Shown here one piece after another: positions 1 through 9,835 of a stretch of DNA of 64,000 bases. The translations under genes were made by a program, and so were the position numbers. This DNA is from Mobula hypostoma. Its lineage: Eukaryota. The notes below the pieces were generated by a model. It was not told the origin of the DNA. It was given only the letters and a program-made list of their open reading frames with translations, and ran no database searches. The stretch's first letter is position 1; each line of letters opens with the position of its first letter. Location: NCBI RefSeq assembly GCF_963921235.1, contig NC_086109.1:992001-1056000 (forward strand), read 5' to 3'.

Positions 1-235
1 CCCAGGAGTGGGTTACTGCTGGCAATTAATCTAGGGCTTCAGGTATTTATATATGGAAATACAGTGGGAGTGAGTTACAAATTGGAATCTAATCCTGGAG
101 TCTGGGGGTGGGGGGTGTTGTTATATATGGAATAACAGTTCCCCAAGAGAGGATTACAGGTTGAGATCCCATCCACGGGTTTGGTGAGTTTATATAGTAG
201 ATCCCTGGGAGTGGGTTACAAATTGGGATCTGATG
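1..235. repeat. Minisatellite family A (~70-bp unit GGAGTGGGTTACAGGCTGGGATCTAATCCAGG...TATATATAGAATAACAG), in MPZ intron 4
   Basis: About 3-4 diverged tandem units; the same unit recurs at 6020-6400, 7431-7670 and 9835-9930. Confidence 0.7.
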
Positions 236-239
236 AACT

Positions 240-600
240 CTTATCTTGCGCTTTCTTTCTCTCACTCACTCTCATTTTTTCATGTTCTCTCACATTCTTC
301 CGTTTCTGCACTCTTTTCCTCATTTTCTTCATTTCTCTCATTCCTTTCTCATTTCCTCATTCTCTCTCCCTGATTCACTTCATTTCTATCTTACATTCTC
401 TTTATCTCTCTCATTGTCATACACTCTTGTCTCTCATTCTCTCTTCCACTCTTTGTCTCTCTCCCAGACGCCTCCATGTCTCCATCCCAGTTTCTGTCTC
501 ATTTTTCTCATTCTATCTCTCTCCTTCATTGTCGGTCTCTCTCATACTCTCAGTCTCTCCACCTCTCCCTCTCATTCTCTCATTCCTTTTGTCTCTCCCT
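240..600. repeat. Pyrimidine-rich (CT) low-complexity tract in MPZ intron 4
   Basis: Almost only C/T with scattered A; source of the spurious ORFs 181-675 and 246-620. Confidence 0.85.
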
Positions 601-607
601 CATTTAC

Positions 608-755
608 CTGGCTCCTTTGAAGAAGATGGTCTCACTCCTTGCCCGTCTCCGGACAATGTAGCGGAACAGGTATAGTCCTCCAACAATTAGTAGAATGATC
701 CCAAGGAAGGTGCCGATGATAGCACCCGACACAACTCCTGCACCGATAGGGGGAA
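608..755 (-). CDS. MPZ: Myelin protein zero, coding exon 4 (transmembrane helix and juxtamembrane tail); later exons lie outside the window
   Basis: Acceptor cttcacAG; 148 bp; (I)PPIGAGVVSGAIIGTFLGIILLIVGGLYLFRYIVRRRARSETIFFKGA plus AG; donor GTAAAT (phase 2). Glycine-rich TM segment followed by a basic stop-transfer run. Not in the supplied ORF track. Confidence 0.95.
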
Positions 756-1319
756 CTGTGAAGAGCACACAGAGGCAACCTTACACCAAGTGCTTGCAGT
801 AATGTCGCATCACCAAGATCACCATGATGCCTCTGTACAAATCCCCAGCAACTGTATTTCCACTGTGCGACCCCTCAACCTGCCTCTGTCACCCCAGACT
901 TGGTACCTTGAATCCCTTTAGCCCTTGCACCAATCCCAGTCTCTGTAACACCCTCCAGCACCTATACTGTCCTCATCGCCCTAACCCTCCTTGACACATA
1001 CACCCCTACCTATCTCATAACCCACTCAGGTCCCAACACCCCTCGCTCTCTCCATGACCGACTCCAGTCTGTAGAGGTCAGTCATCCAGCCGATGGCACT
1101 CGTGCCTCCAGCTCCTGGTGTCCTACTCTCTGGAATTCCCAGAAGTGTTTGTGCATCTCCCCTCTCTCCCTCCTCTCCCAAGGCTGAGCTTGACTTGTGT
1201 AAAGCACACTTTACAACACTTCAGATATTTTGAAGCAGTTGACGCGAATGACATAGTCATGAGGATTGAGCTGACATAGTGTGTTAAATCTCTATACACG
1301 ATGTACGTGGTTGGCTTAC

Positions 1320-1533
1320 TTCTGTCGTAGACTGTCAGATGAACATCTGATGAGGTTCCAATCACATCTGGAGGGTTCTTGACATCACAGGTGTAGGTAC
1401 CATTGTCGATGTAGTCCAGATTTCGGATAACAATTGAACCATCGTGCTTGGATATATCTCCAACCCATTCCACTCTCCCTTTGAATTGGCCCCACTTCTC
1501 AATGTAAGGAACTCCATTGCCATAGTGAAAGAT
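1320..1533 (-). CDS. MPZ: Myelin protein zero, coding exon 3 (C-terminal half of Ig V domain)
   Basis: Acceptor tttacAG; 214 bp; IFHYGNGVPYIEKWGQFKGRVEWVGDISKHDGSIVIRNLDYIDNGTYTCDVKNPPDVIGTSSDVHLTVYDR with the P0 signature DNGTYTCDVKNPPD (N-glycosylation sequon NGT); donor GTAAGC (phase 1). Confidence 0.97.
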
Positions 1534-1566
1534 CTGTAAAGTGAATGAGAGGGGAAAATATGATCT

Positions 1567-2177
1567 TACACTGTCCCATCACATATTCCCAGGACATGGG
1601 TTAGATGCACAGTGAAACTCCCTCTACACTGTCCCATCACACACCCCCAGTACATGGGTCAGACACAGAGTGAAGCTCCCTCTACACTGTCCCATCACAC
1701 ACCCCCAGGACACGGGTCAGACACAGAGTGAAGCTCCGTCTACACTGTCCCATCACACACTCCCAGGGCCCGGGTCAGATACAGAGAGAAGCCCCCTCTA
1801 CACTGTCCCATCACACACACTCCCAGGGCCCGGGTCAGACACAGAGTGAATCTCTCTCTACACTGTCCCATCACACACCCCCAGTACACGGGTCAGACAC
1901 AGAGTGAAGCTCCCTCTACACTGTCCCATCACACACTCCCAGGGCCCGGGTCAGACACAGAGTGAAGCTCCCTCTACACTGTCCTGTCACACACTCCCAG
2001 GACACGGGCCAGACACAGAGTGAAGCCCCCTCTACACTGTCCTGTCATACAGCTCCAGTACACAGGTCAGACACAGAGAGAAGCTCCCTCTACACTGTCC
2101 CATCACACACTCCCAGGGCCCGGGTCAGACACAGAGAGAAGCCCCCTCTACACTGTCCTGTCATACAGCTCCAGGGT
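1567..2177. repeat. Minisatellite family B (~59-61 bp unit ACACTGTCCCATCACACACTCCCAGG..CGGGTCAGACACAGAGTGAAGCTCCCTCT), MPZ intron 2
   Basis: About 10 near-identical tandem copies; further copies at ~2755-2805 and ~3865-4035. Confidence 0.92.
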
Positions 2178-2455
2178 AAAATACAATTTCCTTTGAAGAG
2201 TCCACAAATGCATTGTATGTGCACAGGATGATCACACACTCCCTGCATTCCCCAGTATCAGATTTAGGAAGGCCTCCCATTGAGCGACCCACAGTTGTCA
2301 GATCAGCTGCTTCTTCCACCATTCCAGCTTGCTGATCTTGGCTGTGCTACATTAGGGGCTCATTACCCCTTCAGCCTGAGCTCCAACTAACACATAGGTA
2401 GTACCTAGCACCTTCTAGTGCTGACCATACACTCTCCAACCAGAGCAGCACTCAC

Positions 2456-2622
2456 CGAGATAATTTCTCTGGAGTTGTCAGGGCGGAATCTCCAGCTCAG
2501 TGTGGTGAGATCAGAGACGTACTCACTAGACCAGAATCCGCAGTACAGTGTCACATCCGAGCCAACAGTTTTGTGGAGATTATGGTGTGTGGACACCGAG
2601 ATGGCATGTGTGGAGCTCAGCA
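2456..2622 (-). CDS. MPZ: Myelin protein zero, coding exon 2 (N-terminal half of Ig V domain)
   Basis: Acceptor tctcttttcattggtcAG; 167 bp; (V)LSSTHAISVSTHHNLHKTVGSDVTLYCGFWSSEYVSDLTTLSWRFRPDNSREIIS; donor GTGAGT (phase 0). Closely matches shark P0 as I recall it. Confidence 0.96.
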
Positions 2623-2839
2623 CTGACCAATGAAAAGAGAATCAGGTTAATCCAGCTCCCTCACCCTTCTACCCCAGAACCCCATATTACTGGCTGTATC
2701 CCAATTGTTGTTAATCCGGTTCCCTCACCCTGCAATCTGTTAAGCATGCCATTGCAGGGGTCAGACACGGGATGAAGCTCCTTCTACACTGTCCCATCAC
2801 ACACTGGTGATGCGACAGTTGTAGCTTTGGTCACCCTCT

Positions 2840-3840
2840 AATAGGAAAGAGTGCAGAGAGGATTTACAAGAACGTTGATAGGATAGAGGGTCTGAGTCAC
2901 AGGAAGAGATTGGCCAGGAAAGGTCTTTATTACTCGGAACATATGAGACTGAGGGGAGATCTTAGAGAAACGTTTAAAATCATGAGAGGTGCAGATAGGG
3001 TGGATGGGAACAGTCTGTTCCCCAGGGTGGGGGAGAAGAATGGATGGGACAGTCTCTTCCCCAGGGTGGGGGAGAAGGTAAATGGTACCAGTCTCATCCC
3101 CAGGGTGGGAGAGAAGAATGGATGGGCAGTCTCTTCCCCAGGGTGGGGGAGAAGAATGGATGGGACAGTCTCTTCCCCAGAGTGGGGGAGAAGGTAAATG
3201 GTACCAGTCTTGTCCCCAGGGTGGGGAATTCCACAACTAGGGGAAATAGGTTTTAGGGTGAGGGGAAAGATTTAAAAGGGACTTGAGGAGCAACTTTTTC
3301 ACTCAAAGGCTGGCGAGTATGTGGATCAAACTTCCAGAGGAAGTATCTGAGGCAGATAACAAGCATTTGGATGTGTCTTTGTGAGAAGGGATTTGTGCTT
3401 TGAGAGAAATGGGCCAAATGCAGGAAATTAGGTAGGCACCATCTTGGGTGATGGACATGTATCACTGCTGCATTGCACTTTGACTCTCTGCTGGCCTTTG
3501 CCAGCCTGGACATCAAGTATAGCAGCTTGGATGTCAGGTTACAAGTTTATAAAGCATCGATTAGACCAGACTTAGAGAATCAGATGAGGTTCTGGTGCCC
3601 CATGCAATAGGAAGGATGGGACTGCATCGGGGAGGGTGCAGAGGAGATTCACCAGGATGTTGTCTGCATTAGTTTGAAGGAGAGACTGGATGGACAGGCT
3701 TTGTTTTCCCTGGATCAGAAGAGGCCTTGGGATTACTTTGGGATAACCTAATTGAGTTATACATAAGAATCAGAGAACAGACAGGGTATACATTAGGAAT
3801 GTGTTTGCTTTGGTGGGGTTGCTTAAAGCAGGAGGGTGTA
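2840..3840 (+). mobile_element. Degenerate CR1 LINE 3' fragments in MPZ intron 1, with an internal ~39-bp tandem expansion (~3000-3230)
   Basis: CR1 ORF2 C-terminal peptide RLRGDLRETFKIMRGADRVDGNSLFPRVG; a second fragment at ~3490-3840. Confidence 0.8.
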
Positions 3841-3864
3841 GATAGCTGATTTCATGATTCCATA

Positions 3865-4035
3865 AAGCTCCCTCTGAGCATCCCATCACACACTCCCAGG
3901 GTCAGACACAGAGTGAAGCTCCCTCTGCACCATCCCATTACACACTCCCAGGACACGGTTCAGACACAAAGTGAAGTTCCCTCTACACTGTCCCATCACA
4001 CACTCCCAGGGTACAGGTCAGATACAGAGTGAAGA
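3865..4035. repeat. Minisatellite family B copies
   Basis: About 3 units of GTCAGACACAGAGTGAAGCTCCCTCT..CCCATCACACACTCCCAGG. Confidence 0.85.
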
Positions 4036-4479
4036 TTGCCCCACAGATTTCCTGTCCTCGCTCTCTGTGAAAGAGAAGGATTATAAATTTATTTCAGTGA
4101 CTGGATGTTAGATTCCATACTCCGCCTCCAGCCATAGCCATCCCACAGGATGACATTCCAGGGAAAGTTGCATGGGCTCTGGCATTCTGTGGGAACAGAA
4201 TAGCAAACAACTGAAAGGGCCTGGATAGGTGTTTGTCTTCGGAAGCATTAAACATACCCACATCTTTTCTTACTAACTGGGCAGCCCAGTCTCTATCGGT
4301 GGGAATTAACCTCTCACCACCCCCATTCTGACATACACTGAGTAGCCTGTCCACTATTGGAGGAGTGGAGGGGGAAAGGGAATTAACCCTCTCACTTCCT
4401 TCTCACCTCCACACTGGGTGGTCCAGACTGTTTCCTATTGGGATATTAATTCTCTTTCCTCACCCCCAGAGGCACACAC

Positions 4480-4791
4480 AAGGCAGCCTGTCCCATATCA
4501 ATGAGATAAACCTGCTCACCCCCTCCCACCCACACACACCAGGCAGCCTCCCCGATATCTGTGAGATTAACCCTCTCACTCTCTCTCCTCACTCACCCAC
4601 AAAGGCCCCCACACCAGGCAGCCTGTCCCATACCTGCGAGATTAACCCTCTCTCCCCACCCACTCACTCACACACACCAGGCAGCCTGTCTCATATCTTG
4701 AGATTAACCCTCTCTCCCCACCCACCCACACACACTCACCAGGCTGCCTGTCCCACATCTGTGAGATTAACCCTCTCGCCCCCACCAACCC

Positions 4792-4822
<31 letters not shown>

Positions 4823-5116
4823 CACCAGGCAGCCTATCCCATATCTGTGAGATTAACCCTCTCTCCTCCTCACCCACGCACACACACTCACCAGGCAGCC
4901 TCCCCCATATCTGTGAGATTAACCCTCTCTCCTCACCCACACACACACACACACACACCAGGCAGCCTGTCCCACATCTGTGAAATTAACCTTCTCTCCC
5001 CACCCACTCACCCATACACACTAGGTAGCCTTTCCCATATCTTGAGATTAACCCTCTCTGCCTACCCACACACACACTAGGCAGCCTGTCCCATATCTGT
5101 GAGATTAACCCTCTCT

Positions 5117-5163
<47 letters not shown>

Positions 5164-5375
5164 AGGCAGCCTGTCCCATATCTATGAGATTAACCCTCTC
5201 TCGCCACCCAGCAACCCACACACACCAGGCAGCCTGTCCCATATCTGTGAGATTAACCCCCTCACCCTCTCACCCTACCCACCCACCCACACACACCAGG
5301 CAGCCTGTCCCATATGTGTGAGATTAACCCTCTCTCCCCACCCACTTGCTCACACCAAGCAGCCTGTCCCATATA
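4480..5375. repeat. Minisatellite family C (CCAGGCAGCCTGTCCCATATCTGTGAGATTAACCCTCTC + variable CA/CACC spacer), MPZ intron 1
   Basis: Roughly 14 tandem units with embedded (CA)n microsatellites, e.g. 5118-5162. Confidence 0.9.
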
Positions 5376-5467
5376 CACGGCACGAACCCCCTCACGCCCC
5401 ATCGCATGCAGTACCGACTGGAGTTGAGTTGGGGTTGGGGTGGAGGGACCATTGCCGTGCATCTTAC

Positions 5468-5528
5468 CAGAGAGTGCGTAGAGCACGGCGACACAGCAGA
5501 CAGATGCAGCTTTCCCGTTATGGCACAT
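5468..5528 (-). CDS. MPZ: Myelin protein zero (P0), coding exon 1 (signal peptide)
   Basis: ATG at 5528 in context GCAGGGATGT; encodes MCHNGKAASVCCVAVLYALS plus 1 nt, then donor GTAAGAT (phase 1), which joins exon 2 in frame. No upstream ATG between 5529 and 5640. Confidence 0.85.
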
Positions 5529-5629
5529 CCCTGCGCCAGGAGCTTGTGTTCAAGGGAACGGTGAAGGTAGAGAGGATCTCCCTGATGTTTAGTGATGCCC
5601 TGCTGTTGCTCAGTCAGCCCTTGCCCTGC

Positions 5630-5880
5630 GCTCTATCTCGATAACAGAGTGCCAGCGGCCACTTTTAAGGCACAGTGAACCCACCCCTGGCTGTCAGGGG
5701 GGCAGGGTGTGCTGGACTGGTTGGCAGTGACAGGGAGCAGGGCTGCACTGGGCGGGCATTCAGCTCAGGTACAAAGGAACAAGTGTTTGGTGGCAGAGCG
5801 CGCACACTCGAACACTCACACACTCACACGCACACAAGCACAGAGAATTCCAGGGATTGTTCTGGAACAAAGGAGGGAGT
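5630..5880 (-). promoter_or_regulatory. Putative MPZ proximal promoter
   Basis: Non-repetitive GC-rich segment. TATA-like TTAAAA (minus strand, 5668-5663) lies ~135 nt upstream of the ATG. CACCC box ~5681-5687, GC box GGGCGG ~5750-5755, SOX-type motifs ACAAAG 5771-5776, ATTGTT 5856-5861 and AACAAAG 5866-5872. Confidence 0.6.
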
Positions 5881-6019
5881 CTACTCGTCCATCGGCACAT
5901 GGGGGAGATGTCACTGAGAGACTGCCGCTGGCATTACCAGTTAACTGCCTGCTCTCTGAAAACTTCACTCTGTCTCACAGGGCATGGCCAGGCAGAAGTT
6001 TTATAGCATGCTAATCTTC

Positions 6020-6400
6020 AGGTTTGGGGGTTTATATATGCATAACAAATCCCCAGGAAGGTTTTACAGGATGGGATCTAATTCTGGAATTTGTGGTGTT
6101 TATATGTAGATTAACAGATCCACAGGAATGGGTTACAGGCTGGGATCCAATCCAGGGGTTTTGGGAGATTGATTAAGTATATATAATTACAGAATGCTGG
6201 GAGTGAGTTACAGGTTGCTATCTAATCCAGTGGTTTTGGGGTGTACGTACAGAATAACAGATGCTCAGGAGTGACTTGCAGATGGGGATCTGAGTTTTAT
6301 ATATACCTAGGGGATCAGGGTTAACTTTTTATAGAGTAATGGATTCCTAGAAGTGAGTTATAGACTGGGATTTAATCCAGAAGTTCTTAGTGTTAAAATA
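6020..6400. repeat. Minisatellite family A block upstream of the MPZ promoter
   Basis: About 5 diverged units of GAGTGAGTTACAGG.TGGGATCTAATCCAG. Confidence 0.75.
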
Positions 6401-6404
6401 TAGA

Positions 6405-7425
6405 TCAGAAACAGGCCTTACCACCCATGATGTTGTACCAAACTAATTAACTGACTGAACCAATTCCTTCTGCCTACACAATATCCATATCCTTCCATTC
6501 TATGAATATTCATGTACCTGTCCAAGAGCCTCTTAAATGCCTTTGTCATATTTGCCTCTATTACCACCCCTCACAGTGCATTCCCGGCACCCACCATTCT
6601 CTGTAAAGAACTTGCACCCTTTAACGTTAAACGCATGCCCATAGTATTAGGCATTTCAACCCTATGAAAAAGTTACTGGAAGCCTGCTCTATTTTATAAT
6701 TTTATAAACTTCTATCAAGTTTGCCCTTAGCCTCTAACGCTCCAGGGGGAGAAGAAACAGGGTTGTCCAATTTCTCCTCTAATCCAGGCAGCATTGTGGT
6801 GAACCTCTTTTGCATTCTCTCCAAAGCCTCCACATTCTTCCAGAAATGAATGGAATTTTCCAGATGTAGCCTAACCAGAGCTTGATAAAGCTGCCACATA
6901 ACCCCCTGAATCTACAACTCAGTGCCTTGATTAATAAAGCATGCCCTGTGCCTTCTTTACTACCCTATTAACCTGTTCAGCCACTGTTTTCAGGAAGCTA
7001 GAGACTTGGACTCCACGATCCCTCTGTATATCAACACGATTAAGGGTCTTACCACCAACAGTGTACTGCCTCTTTGCAATGATCTCCCAAAGTGCAACAC
7101 TTCACATTTGGGTGAGTTAAACTGCACCTACTCCATCTATTTTGCCATCTATGTCTGGAACCGATCTATATGCCACTGTATCCTTTGGCAATCTTCCACT
7201 CTATCCACTGCACAAACAATCTTTTGTATCACCTGGGAACTTACTAACATATCCATCCATGTTTTCATCCAAGTTTTTAATGGAATGTTACTACTGATGG
7301 ACCCCACCTCCAGAATATGTTTCATTGATGATTACCGTCAGCCTTCCATGGGCAAGTCAATTCCGAATCCAAATGGCAAAGTCACTGTTGATCCCATGCA
7401 TTTTAATCTCCTGGATCATCCTTTA
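6405..7425 (-). mobile_element. Old CR1 LINE 3' fragment
   Basis: ORF 6702-6899 LYQALVRLHLENSIHFW..ALERMQKRFTTMLPGLE, a CR1 ORF2 C-terminal motif. Confidence 0.8.
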
Positions 7426-7669
7426 ACAAGGTAATAGATCCCTAGAGTGACTCAAGGCTGGGACCTAATCCAGGGGTGTATATAGATATATATGAAATAA
7501 TATATTCTTGGGAGTGGGTTTGATCTAATGCTGGGTTTCTGATCTGGGTTGTGGGTTACAGGCTGGGAATTAATCCAGGAGTTTATATATAAGATAAAAG
7601 ATTCCTAGGAGTGAGTTACAGACTGGGATCTCATCTGTGGGGTTGGAAGGTTTACATATGGGTTTGGAA

Positions 7670-9835
7670 TGTTTAAACTAATTTGACGGGGGTGGGGTGG
7701 AATCACGTTATATTGGAGGGATAGGAAGGTAGGCAGTGGAAGTGGCATGGCTCTGCTGGCGAAGAATGGCATCAAATCAGTAGAAATATGTGACATAGGG
7801 TGCTCAAAAAGCTGAAAGACTACATAGCTCACCCAGACCAGATGAACTGCATGCTAGGATTCTGAAAGAGGTAGTGGTAGAGATTGTGGTGACATTAGTA
7901 ATGATCTTTCAGAAACTATTGGACTCTGACATGGTACCAGAGGACTGGAAAATTGGAAATGTCGCTCCACTCTTTAAGAAAGGAGGAAGGCAGCAGAAAG
8001 GAAATTATAGACCAGTTAGCCTAACCTCAGTGGTTGGGAAGATGTTGGAGTCAATTGTTAAGGATGTGTTTGTGGAGTATTTGGTGACACAGGACAAGAT
8101 AGGACAAAGTTAGCATAGTTTCCTTAAGGGGAAATCTTGCCTGACAAACCTGTTGGAATTCTTTGAGGAGGATTGCAGTGGATGTTGTATATTTGGACTT
8201 TCAGAAGACCTTTGACAAGGTGCAACACATTGCTTAGCAAGTTAAGAACCCATGGTATTACAGGAAAGTTCTTGACACGGTTAGAGCATTGGCCGTTCGG
8301 TAGGAGGCAGTGAGTGGGAATAAGAGGATCCTTGTCTGGTTGGCTGCCAGTGACTAGTAGTGTTCCATAGGGGTTGGTGTTGGAACCACTTCTTTTTATG
8401 CTGTATATAAATGATTTAGATGATGATAGAGATGGCTTTGTTGCCAAGTTTGCAGATGATAGGAAGATTTGTGGAGGGGCAGATAGTGTTGAGGAGACAG
8501 GTAGGCTGCAGAAGGACTTAGACAGATCAGGAGAATGGGCAAGAAAGTGGCAAATGAAATACAATATTGGAAAATGCATGGTCATGCACTTTGGTAGTAG
8601 AAATAAATGTGCAGACTATTTTCTAAATGGGGAGAAATTCCAAAAATCTGAGATGCAAGGGGACTTGGGAGCCCTTGTGCAGAACCCAGTAAAGATTACT
8701 CTGCAGGTTGAGTCGGTAGTGAGGAAAGGAAATGCAATGTTAGCATTCATTTCAAGAGGTCCAGAATGGAAGAGCAGGGATGCGATGCTGAGGCTTTATA
8801 AGGCACTGGTAGTATTGTGAAGAAATTTGGGCTCCTCATCTTAGAAAAGATGTCCTGGCATTGGAGAAGGTTCAGAGGAGATTCACCAGGATGATTCCAG
8901 GAATGAAGGGATTTTCATACGAGGAACGTTTGATGGTTCTGGATCTGTACTCACTGGAATTTAGAAGGATGAGGGGGGATTTCATTGAAATCTTTCGAAT
9001 ATTAGACTATAAGACCATAAAATATAGGAACAGAAGTCGGCCATTGGGCCCATCAAGTCTGCTCCACCATTCAATCATGGGCTGATCCAATTCTTCCAGT
9101 CATCCCCACTCCCCTGCTTTCACCCCCCACCCTTTGATGCCCTGGCTAATCAAGAACCTATCTATCTCTGCCTTAAATACACCCAATGACTTGTCCTCCA
9201 CAGCCACTTGTGGCAACAAATTCCACAGATTTACCACCCTCTGACTAAAGTAATTTCTCCACATCTCCGTTCTAAAAGGACATCCTTTAATTCTGAAGTC
9301 GTGCTCTCTTGTCCTAGAATCCCCTACCATGGGAAATAACTTTGCCATATCCAATCTGTTCAGGCCTTTTAACATTCGGAATGTTTCTATAAGATCCCCC
9401 CTCATTCTCCTGAACTCCAGGGAATACAGTCCAAGAGCTGCCAGATGTTCCTCATACAGTAACCCTTTTGAAAGGCCTAGACAAGAGTAGATATGGAAAG
9501 GATATTTCCCATGGTGGGAGAGTCTAGGACAAGAGGGCACAGCCTCAGGATAGAGGGGCATCCATTTAAAACAGAGATGCAGAGAAATTTCTTTAGCCAG
9601 AGAGTGGTGAATTTGTGAAATTTGTTACCACAGGCAGCTGTGGAGGCCAGATTGTTGGGTGTAATAAAGGCACAGCTTGATAGGTTTTTGATTGGACACG
9701 ACATCAAAGGTTACGGGGAGAATGTTGGGGTGTGGGACAGAGGATCGGATAAAAGGATCATCCATGATTAAATGGTGGAGCAGACTCAATGGGCCAAATG
9801 GCCTAATTCTTCTCCTATGTCTTATGGTCTTATGT
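7670..9835 (+). mobile_element. CR1 LINE (decayed ORF2 RT) with a nested opposite-strand CR1 3' end at ~9004-9466
   Basis: [25 protein letters not shown] and FVAKFADD motifs; tail CTTATGGTCTTATG; host sequence resumes at TTGAAAGGCCTAGAC after the nested copy. Confidence 0.9.

Noticed and set aside
181..675. Hydrophobic 164-aa ORF resembling a membrane protein
   Set aside because: Translation of a CT-rich intronic tract, antisense to MPZ.
1123..1473. ORF-track proteins 1123-1473, 2405-2623 and 5262-5528 as standalone genes
   Set aside because: They are MPZ exons read through into introns; splice sites define the true limits.
1567..2177. CRISPR-like appearance, and CACAGTG/CACTGT resembling V(D)J RSS heptamers next to an Ig domain
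   Set aside because: Whole units repeat with no unique spacers and no cas genes. There is no ACAAAAACC nonamer at 12 or 23 bp, and P0 is a non-rearranging V-set protein.
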